Assembly (NCBI GenBank): GCA_002269645.1
Contig: NIVC01003162.1
Location: forward strand, 1-64,000
Direction of reading: 5' to 3'
From: Macrostomum lignano
Lineage: Eukaryota
Length of the DNA stretch: 64,000 nucleotides
The notes under the pieces are model-generated. The model was not told the origin of the DNA. It made no database searches and saw nothing but the letters and a program-made list of their open reading frames with translations. Positions 1 to 8,285 of the stretch are shown here, piece after piece. Positions within the stretch are counted from its first letter, which is position 1. Each line of letters starts with the position of its first letter. A program made the position numbers and the translations under genes.

Positions 1-616
1 GGTATTGGTGTCAGGAAACGGGTATTGTGTCAGGGAACAGGTATTGGTGTCAGGGAACAGGTATAGTGTCAGGGAACAGGTATTGGTGTCAGGGAACAGG
101 TATAGGTGTCAGGGAACAAGGTATTGGTGTCAGGGAACAGGTATTGGTGTCAGGAAACGGGTATTGGTGTCAGGAACAGGTATTGGTGTCAGGGAACGGG
201 TATTGGTGTCAGGGAACAGGTATTGCTGTCAGGGAACAGGTATTGGTGTCAGGAAACAGGTATTGGTGTCAGGGAACAGGTATTGGTGTCAGGGAACAGG
301 TATTGGTGTCAGGAAACGGGTATTTGGTGTCAGGGAACAGGTATTGCTGTCAGGGAACAGGTATTGGTGTCAGGGAACAGGTATTGGTGTCAGGAAACGG
401 GTATTGTTTCAGGGAACAGGTATAGGTGTCAGGGAACAGGTATTGGTGTCAGGGAACAGGTATTGGTGTCAGGGAACAGGTATTGGTGCCAGGAAACAGG
501 TATTGCTGTCAGGGAACAGGTATTGGTGTCAGGAAACAGGTATTGCTGTCAGGGAACAGGTATTGGTGTCAGGAACAGGTATTGGTGTCAGGGAACAGGT
601 ATTGGTCAGGGAACAG
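1..616. repeat. Minisatellite, ~20-bp unit (GGTATTGGTGTCAGGGAACA), runs off the window start
   Basis: Unit read directly from the sequence; explains the overlapping repetitive ORFs at 5-680. Confidence 0.97.
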
Positions 617-1617
617 GCACTTCTCTCAAAGATCAAACCGTGTTGTCTTGGATCAGGTATTAAGGACTAGGGTGAGGTAGTGACATGAGGAACTAGTGGA
701 TGATAGGTGTGGGATACATGTATTAATATCTGTACTGGCAGCATCACTAACTAGATGTGCGGCTTTGCGGCGCGGCGGCTTGCCAGAGTAGACTGGGGGG
801 ACTTTACGGTAGCATGAGTGCGCTGGACACTGGGAATGATGAAGAATAACTTATAAATTGGATAGTGCAAATTAAGTAGCGAATTTCTAATGAAGCATTA
901 GGTTTGTCTCCAGGGGGAAAGGCAGGCCGTGAGGACCTCCGTCCACTTTTTGGTTCGGTGAATAAAACATGTTGCCAGCCCCGCTAATATATTCGGCTTA
1001 ATTATTCAGCTGTCCATAATCCAGAGCAAGCAGAGCATTGAGGACAATGCACCGAGCTGCTTGCCAGAGCGCGCTATCTTCATCCAGAATTCTATCCACT
1101 GTTGCTTCTTATTTTCTGCGATTTTTAAACCAGACTTATCTCTGCGCCTCTTCAGTCCATGTCTGCTCAGCCCTCACCTCTCCTTCGACTCCGAAATGCC
1201 AGCTGATTCTGCGTGCCTCATCTTCGCTTCTCAGCCATCCCCCTACTGCCAAGTGATCGGGTGGATTCGGATTATCAGCTCCCGCTCGCATATTAATTAG
1301 TTTGTCACCTGACGCTTGGTGTCTTGATGATGGGCGCGGGTTGGAGAAAATTTATTGATTGATATCGTCTTTTCCTCTCTTTATCTTGTAAGTGAAGTTC
1401 CGTCCTGTCTCACCGGAGCTCAAGCAGATGTGAAACACTAACAATAGGCTTGTAGTGTCGCGGTATTCAGCTGACAGTGTATTTATTAACTATAAACTAT
1501 ATTTAAAATAAAGCAGATTGGTTCAACATGCGTTAATCTATGAACCTACTTGGTTTATCGAAGGATTTAATTAAACAAATATTATCAGTGTCAAGTTTGA
1601 CGCATTCGAGTGTGCCA

Positions 1618-3240
1618 TCAGTTCCCCAGACAGGCCAACCCCCGTCTGCACCGCAGTCTCAATGAGTTGAGCATTCCGCACACCTGCTGTTTGAAAAACC
1701 TGTTCATACAGCCGTAGATGACCGGGTTCACTCCGTGGTTGATGAAGTAGAAATAGTACACTGTCTGCATGAACAGCCCGCCCAGGCCCACGTGGCTGCC
1801 CTCGTTGCTGCTGCTCCCTCCTTCTGACCCGCTGGAGCCGCTGCTGTACAGCCTCCGCCACCAGCTGCTGTTCTGCTGCTGGCTGTAGTTGCCTCCGGAT
1901 GCCGCCGCCGAGCTCCAGTTGCCGAAGCTTGCCGCGGCAGCTTGGTACGACTGCCAGTCGCTTAAGTTGATGCCTCCAGTCGTCGCGCCGCCCGACCTCC
2001 CGGCGCCGGCCTCTTGCAGGTGGAACACCAGAAAGAAGGGCAAATAAGAGAGCAGATAAAAGAAAGTGATGATGCTCAACACCTTGGCTGTTTTTATGTG
2101 CGGCCGCTTCCTAGTCCGCTCTGACAGGTGCTTCTGCGCCTGCGCCAGGCGGTTGCTCACCACCGAGTCTTCGCGACGCTGGCTGCCGACCAGCATTCGG
2201 CGCTGCTCGGGCGCCTCTTCGTCAGCTTCTTCTTCACGTCTCGGCTCGGCCTCCTGGCTGTTACCGTCATCATCGGCCACACTGATTTCCTTGTTGGCAA
2301 ACTTCACCGCACAGCTTGAGGCGGCGGCTTCTTGCCCGCCCAGTGCCTGGTCGATGTCCGTCTCTAGGATGCCGTTGTTCTGCCTGTCCGGCTGGCAGTC
2401 TTTGATTCTGTTGATGCCGTCGGCATTGGTATTGTTGGCTATTGAGCTGCGGCCAGCCTTGCCCTTGCCCTTGTCCTTGGCGTTGGAGACGCGGCTGACG
2501 TAGCTTCGCGATTTGTCCCAGCGACGCTGCCGCTTGCGCACGAAGTAGAAAATATTGGCGTAAAAAAACATAATAGCCAGCAGCATGCACAGGAACAGCA
2601 GTGTTAAGCAGGCCTTGTACACCCTGACGGTGATCATTGGCAGGATGCTGTAGTCGGCGATGCAGTGAGCCATGGTGACCGGCCGGCTGAGGACTCGGCC
2701 GGGCAGTTTCACAATCACTGTCCGCCTGGTGCCAGTCGTCAATCCAAGCGGGGTGCCCACGGCGAAGCCCAGCAGCAGGGTGAGGCCGATGAGTCGCACG
2801 GCCTGTCGCCGGCCGGTCTGAATGCCGGGCACGAAGCAGATGATGGCGAAGCGGTCCACCGCGATCAGGCAGAGCAGGAAGGCGGATGACGTCACCAGAG
2901 AGCAGCGGAGAATGTGAAAGATTTTGCACATGAAGTCGGTGGTGGCGGCCCGCCAGACGTCCTGATAGATGGTTGACGGAATGACAACAGAACAGACGGT
3001 CAGGTCCAGCGTGGCCAGCGCGATCACGTACACATTCTGGGGCAGCTCGCGAAGTCCCCTATGAAAGAAGAAGACAACAAGGATGTTGCCAAACAGGCCG
3101 ATCAGGGCCAGAGCGCCCAGTGACAGCGTGATGGCTACCGACATGGCCAGGGGCAGCTCGCCGCCCTGCTGAGTGGCCTGCATCATCTGGCTTAGTTGGG
3201 AGTCCCGGATACTGCTGTTGCTGCTCATAGTGAACTTCAT
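1618..3240 (-). CDS. Intronless rhodopsin-like (class A) GPCR, ligand unknown; likely start ATG 3240 (or 3228)
   Basis: 7 hydrophobic segments, GN in TM1, LATLD in TM2, DRF at the end of TM3, SYLP in TM6, NPVIYG in TM7, N-terminal NSS sequon. The ORF extension 3241-3426 runs through a splice acceptor (AG 3283-3282) and a dispersed repeat, so it is excluded. Confidence 0.9.
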   Translation of the reverse strand: MKFTMSSNSSIRDSQLSQMMQATQQGGELPLAMSVAITLSLGALALIGLFGNILVVFFFHRGLRELPQNVYVIALATLDLTVCSVVIPSTIYQDVWRAATTDFMCKIFHILRCSLVTSSAFLLCLIAVDRFAIICFVPGIQTGRRQAVRLIGLTLLLGFAVGTPLGLTTGTRRTVIVKLPGRVLSRPVTMAHCIADYSILPMITVRVYKACLTLLFLCMLLAIMFFYANIFYFVRKRQRRWDKSRSYVSRVSNAKDKGKGKAGRSSIANNTNADGINRIKDCQPDRQNNGILETDIDQALGGQEAAASSCAVKFANKEISVADDDGNSQEAEPRREEEADEEAPEQRRMLVGSQRREDSVVSNRLAQAQKHLSERTRKRPHIKTAKVLSIITFFYLLSYLPFFLVFHLQEAGAGRSGGATTGGINLSDWQSYQAAAASFGNWSSAAASGGNYSQQQNSSWWRRLYSSGSSGSEGGSSSNEGSHVGLGGLFMQTVYYFYFINHGVNPVIYGCMNRFFKQQVCGMLNSLRLRCRRGLACLGN

Positions 3241-3350
3241 TTCTGCTGTGTTGCTTCTGCTGCTGTTTGTTGGCTTTTCTTCTGTGGAAGGTTTTGGCAA
3301 AAGAGAAATCTGTATGTAGAGATTGTAGATATGTATATGGAGTAGAGATT

Positions 3351-3570
3351 CTGCCCATTCCTCTGACTCGAGCACATGCAAGCGCGCCAACACAGTACAC
3401 AGGCACGCAATCGTACACACGCTCACACAGGGTGTACAGCGGTCCTGACTGTCTAATCGTCAGGCATGTGCCTTGAAGGCTAACCCTCATGGCTGTGAAT
3501 CACACGACAACCCCCCCCCCACCTGTCAATTTTTGAGCTCACGAGCCCCAAAACGGAATCAAACTTGGGG
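3351..3570. mobile_element. Dispersed repeat copy 1 (family with TGTACA-CCTGAC-N9-GTCAGG palindromic core)
   Basis: Shares CACAGGGTGTACAGCGGTCCTGACTGTCTAATCGTCAGGCATGT and flanks with copies at 4596, 6200, 17466, 23070, 43742. Confidence 0.75.
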
Positions 3571-4595
3571 TCACGCGCGAGTCAGACTTGTTTAACGTTG
3601 AGCTGCTCTGGCCCCATGGGGTGATAGAGACTGCATGGTTGTTTAAACTGAGTGCAGCATGGACTTTAAGTCTTCAGTCGGTAAAGCTGACATTGCTATT
3701 CTACACAAGTGCATTCTATCAAAGCATTTCTGCGCTCCTCTCCTATCCACAAAGCGTCAGTCGGCGGCCCCTCTAACACCGAGGGAGCAATTTCACTCTG
3801 CCAGTTCATATGTTGAGAGGACTTTGAGGAGGTTCTTTCAGCTGTTCGCGTTGACTTAACGGAAGCAAAACAGTTGCTTCAAGCTGCGTACGTGCTCCCT
3901 GCAACAATGATTTCTGCGAGGTTTAGCAGCGTACGCAGGCGGGAAACAGATCCGTGGGAAGTGTTTCAGCCGCGGGCGCGTGAATGTCAGGCTTATCCGG
4001 GTGTATCTTGTTGCACGGTTAGCCTATAAGTTTGGCCTGGCTGCGGAGTTGAGCGGGAAGCTGAGAACAAATTTCCCGCTTGCAAGAAATGTAAAACGGT
4101 TGCTAAGGCCCGCGTTTCTCGCAATCCCAGGGCTTGTCCCAATTTTCTGACTGGTTAAAGAATTATTTATTGTCAGTTCTCAACTTACATTTTGCTTTGC
4201 CAGGCAGATGCAAATGCACACTGAAATCCTTGCGCCTTCTACTGTCGGATGGGTTGCTTCTGGCTGGAAAGCGCCGGGGTGGTTATTTTATCCTAAAAAA
4301 ATCCTGCGGGCTCGCAGTGGGAAGAAAAGGGAGGAGAAGGGAAGTGGAAATCGACCTCTCCAGTCCGGCTATTGGCCAGGACAAAATTCTGCACTGGCCT
4401 GTTTGGACTGCGGAGGCGGAGTTGACTGAGAAGTGTATTCTCTCCCTCTCTCTCGTAATATTTGTGCAGCGGTTAGACTTGTTGATCAATGTAGCGACGC
4501 TAATGCGGAGATGATAGAGATAGCCATCGCAGAGATAAATATAGTTATAAAAATTATGGCATGCGGCCAGCTGACCCGCAGCCAGTGAGTCGAGC

Positions 4596-4691
4596 ACGCG
4601 TGCTCATACAGGGTGTACATGGGCCCTGACTTCCTCATCATTAGTAGGAATGTACACACCCCGTGCCTTAGGCTAGAGCTGCACAAGCCCC
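4596..4691. mobile_element. Dispersed repeat copy 2 (diverged, internally deleted)
   Basis: CAGGGTGTACA..CCTGAC..TGTACA..GTGCCTTA..GCACAAGCCCC align to copies 1 and 4. Confidence 0.55.
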
Positions 4692-5743
4692 GAGGCAATT
4701 GAACGAGACAGTTCGAATCGTTCGAAACAGAGTTTGAAAGATACTGTACCCTTTTATACCAGTGTACTTTGTACAGCATACTAGATTTTCTACAAAAAAG
4801 GCACTGTGGTGCGCGTGAGCTCACAAATTGCTTTCTTCTACTCAATTGTTTGCCTCAGATAAGTATTGAACTGCCGCTTCCCATCTCTCTCTTCCCTCTC
4901 CCTACCTCTCTCTACCTCAGCACATTAGTTTTACCTGTTGGTTGATTCTGTCTACGCGTTCAAACCTTGCATTTTTTCCATTCCTTTGTTGTGCCAGCGC
5001 AGTGCAGGGTTGCACGGCCTAAAAGCATAGATGATTTTTCAAAACTGCCTCCGCATCGTTAACATTTTACAGCCAGTTAAATTGCCTGCTGACTTGTTGC
5101 TTATGCTTGAAATTATTTTGTCCCCCATTCATCTTGCCTGCATCAGCCGTTTTGCGTATACCAGTGTAGAGGATTTTTGTCCCCCTGGCAGAGAGCTGCG
5201 GCTGTGTGGGCTTTATTCTTTTCAACAATATATCTACATGTCGTGACCCGGGTCGGTTTGGGTGCCCAGTCCCGAGTACAATATATTTTACGTAATCTAA
5301 CAGGCGTAGTGACGCTCTGTCTGTACTTTTATGAATACGAGCAGGCGTGACGACGCTCTGCGATAATAGTTCGATTCCTCTGGTGTTGTGACACTCAGAG
5401 TTCACGCTGCGGCTCGAGGTGTGGTGACACTCTCGGGTGCTTCTAGTTTCGATACTGTAGGTTGTACACGCTATATAAAGTAACCGGTACAGTACTACAA
5501 TAATACGCAATATACAACGCTGCTGTGCCGCAGTGGTCACAGTCGCAGGCGTGATGACGCTCTAGCTATGGAATCACTGCTACGGCAAGGCCTCGGAAAA
5601 GCTAAAGAAGCGAATGAACTCGGGGGTCTTACCGGTGCCAGAAACTGTGGAGCTCGTTCGAGTATCGCTACCACTTGACCGCTTTATTTGTAGCTTTGGG
5701 TACCACAGATCGATAAACAGAGATGCCAAAATCCGAATTTGGA

Positions 5744-5790
5744 CATGCAATAAATTGAGTCCCCGCAGTAAGAGACCGTATAGACACGGC
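5744..5790 (-). ncRNA. Spliced-leader-exon-like sequence GCCGTGTCTATACGGTCTCTTACTGCGGGGACTCAATTTATTGCATG, not followed by GT
   Basis: The 3' 36 nt differ at about 2 positions from the Macrostomum SL as I recall it (..ACGGTCTCTTACTGCGAAGACTCAATTTATTGCATG; from memory, needs checking). Ends in AUG like flatworm SLs, and the 5' CCGT/ACGG hairpin is retained. Confidence 0.6.
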
Positions 5791-5950
5791 TCGCTTGAAT
5801 ATCGCTAGGTTAGATTGAAGAGCTAGGCACGGGCGCGGAGCGGAGAGCGGGGAGCTGGCTGGGCCAGGCTTGAGCACTCCACTTAACAGGGTAGAGGGGC
5901 AGACAACGCGAGAGAGAGAGAGAGATGCCAAACAAAAGAGACGACCCTTC

Positions 5951-6034
5951 AGCCAATCAGCGTGCCCGCCGAGCAGATCTGATTGACTGGGGGCCAGAAA
6001 AGAAAACCACAAAAACACAAGCCCAGCCAATCAG
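5951..6034. promoter_or_regulatory. CCAAT-box cluster (AGCCAATCAG x2 plus an inverted variant) 160-245 nt upstream of the SL-like sequence
   Basis: AGCCAATCAGCG at 5951 and 6025; CTGATTGACTG at 5979; matches the NF-Y consensus. Confidence 0.4.
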
Positions 6035-6199
6035 CGACCGCCGCGGGGAAAGACTCAAGCCGGGCTGAGCGCCCCCCCCCCCAACCAGCCAGAACTGGTC
6101 TGGGGATGGCCGCCTAGGGCGCACATAAAAAAACAACTCAAAAAGTGCAAGAGCACTCAACAGGCCAGACACTACATACGCGTGGAGCAGACCAGCTCA

Positions 6200-6374
6200 G
6201 CGGTGAACACAGCCATGAGGGCCAGCCCCCAAGGCACAGATAGTGTACATGCTTGAGGATTAGAAAGTCAGGACCGCAGTACACCCTGTGCGAGCGTGTG
6301 TATGAATGCAGTGCCTGCGTACTGTATTGGTGCGCTTGTGTGCGCTCAGGTCAGGAGTCAGTGGAATGGGCACA
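6200..6374. mobile_element. Dispersed repeat copy 3 (opposite orientation to copy 1)
   Basis: CACAGCCATGAGG..AAGGCACAGATAGTGTACATGCTTGAGGATTAGAAAGTCAGGACCGCAGTACACCCTGTG..GGAATGGGCAC. Confidence 0.75.
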
Positions 6375-6886
6375 ATTGGTTCGCCCGTATCTCTTTTTTT
6401 GGCAACCATTGTCCGTCTTCTGTCCCATTCTGTGTTTCGCCTCTTGTCTTCCGTCTTCTACCCCTCTATATTGCTTGCTGCCTCTCTTTGCACCTTTCCC
6501 TCCCTTCTCCTCTGTTGTCAGTGGATAAACTTGGCCTTGATTTGAGCCCCCTTGTAGTGAAATTCGAATGCCTTATAGAAACTCCTGACTGGCTGCAGTT
6601 TGACATTGATTTTGCGTCAAAACCAGAACGCGGACACAAGGAATACGAACTGATTGAACTGTCGTAAAACTGGACAAAAAAGTTAAAAAGGAAGTTTGCC
6701 ACACGGACAGGCCGACAGGGCAGGGTTAAAGTAACGACCTGCTTGCTTAGGGGCATGGAACCAATTCATTCATCACCAATATTAAAGCTGGAAGTGCAGC
6801 TCTGAAGGTCATTGGAAAACTGCAAAGCTGTGGGAGAGTGGCTTAAACTCTCTAGGCCATGACTGGTCAGCATCCTGTAGTTGGCC

Positions 6887-7072
6887 TGAGACTGAGAGAG
6901 ACTGAGAGAAACTAGAGGTGGAGACTGAGAGAGACTGGAAGGAGACTGAGAGAGACTAGGGGTGGAGACGGAGAGAGACTGGGAGAGACCGAGAGAGACT
7001 GAAAGAGACTGAGAGAGACTGAAAGACGGGCAGAGATAGAGAGGGTGACAGAGAGAGAGAGGGAGACTGAGG
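6887..7072. repeat. GA-rich low-complexity/microsatellite (GAGAGACT-like)
   Basis: Direct reading. Confidence 0.85.
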
Positions 7073-7524
7073 CTGTGTAGCACCAAGCAATAGTACTCTG
7101 CAAAAGTGCACGTTATTTGTTGTAAGTTACTTGTCTATGCCAGATCTACCGAACGTTCGACCGCACCCATAGGCGACACTGTACCCCTTTAGTTATCACA
7201 GAGTCCTCTGGACTAATTTGCAATAGATTTATCCCTTGCTTGAGTATAATTGCCATTCCTAGCAAAGAAAGTGTTTAACCCGGCGAGTCCGTCTATGTTC
7301 TTTGTTCTAAACCTTTTCATTTTGCTGCTTCAAGTGTCTTTGACTTTGAAAAAAACTTATAGGCTTTGCTAAAATTGAAAGTCTCTTAAACTTAACGATG
7401 TCTAAAAAGGGATACAAGTGGTTTAATTGGCATTTTATTAGTTCTTTTGCACGACCTTTGCACTGCTGACTGATATTTTCTGTCAGCCGCAAACTTTCAC
7501 CTGCGTCACATCAAGCATCTCTTT

Positions 7525-8250
7525 TGTCACACCAAGCGTCACCCCAGAGAGTCACACCAAGCGTCACCCCAGAGTCACACCAAGCGTCACCCCAGAGAGT
7601 CACACCAAGCGTCACCCTCCAGCGAGTCACACCAAGCGTCACCCCAGAGAGTCACACCAAGCGTCACCCTCCAGCGAGTCACACCAAGCGTCACCTCAAA
7701 GAGTCACACCAAGCGTCACCCCAGAGAGTCACATCAACCGTAACCCCACAGAGAGTCACACCAAGCGTCACCCCAGAGAGTCACACCAGGCGTCACATCA
7801 GAGTCACACCAAGCGTCACCCCAGAGAGTCACATCAACCGTAACCCCACAGAGAGTCACACCAAGCGTCACCCCAGAGAGTCACACCAGGCGTCACATCA
7901 AAGAGTCACACCAAGCGTCACCCCAGAGAGTCACATCAACCGTCACCCCAGAGAGTCACATCAACCGTCACCCCAGAGAGTCACATCAACCGTCACCCCA
8001 GAGAGTCACATCAACCGTCACCCCAGAAAGTCACATCAAGCGTCACCCCAGAAAGTCACACCAAGAGTCACCCCAGAGAGTCACATCAACCGTCACCCCA
8101 GAGAGTCACATCAACCGTCACCCCAGAGAGTCACATCAACCGTCACCCCAGAGAGTCACATCAACCGTCACCCCAGAGAGTCACATCAACCGTCACCCCA
8201 GAGAGTCACATCAACCGTCACCCCAGAGAGTCACACCAAGCGTCACTCAG
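7525..8250. repeat. Intronic minisatellite, ~25-bp unit (GTCACACCAAGCGTCACCCCAGAGA), ending just before the LYST acceptor
   Basis: Direct reading; forms the spurious N-terminal half of ORF 7524..9269. Confidence 0.95.
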
Positions 8251-8285
8251 CGTCACTCAAATCAAGTTTCTCTTTGCGCCCGCAG

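Noticed and set aside
1021-1300. Possible upstream LYST exon
   Set aside because: The translation shows no LYST-like motif and no convincing donor.
3241-3426. 62-aa N-terminal extension of the GPCR
   Set aside because: It starts at a non-ATG codon inside dispersed repeat copy 1 and crosses a good splice acceptor at 3282.
5360-5385. tRNA or tRNA-derived SINE suggested by GTTCGATTC
   Set aside because: No cloverleaf or properly spaced A box could be built.
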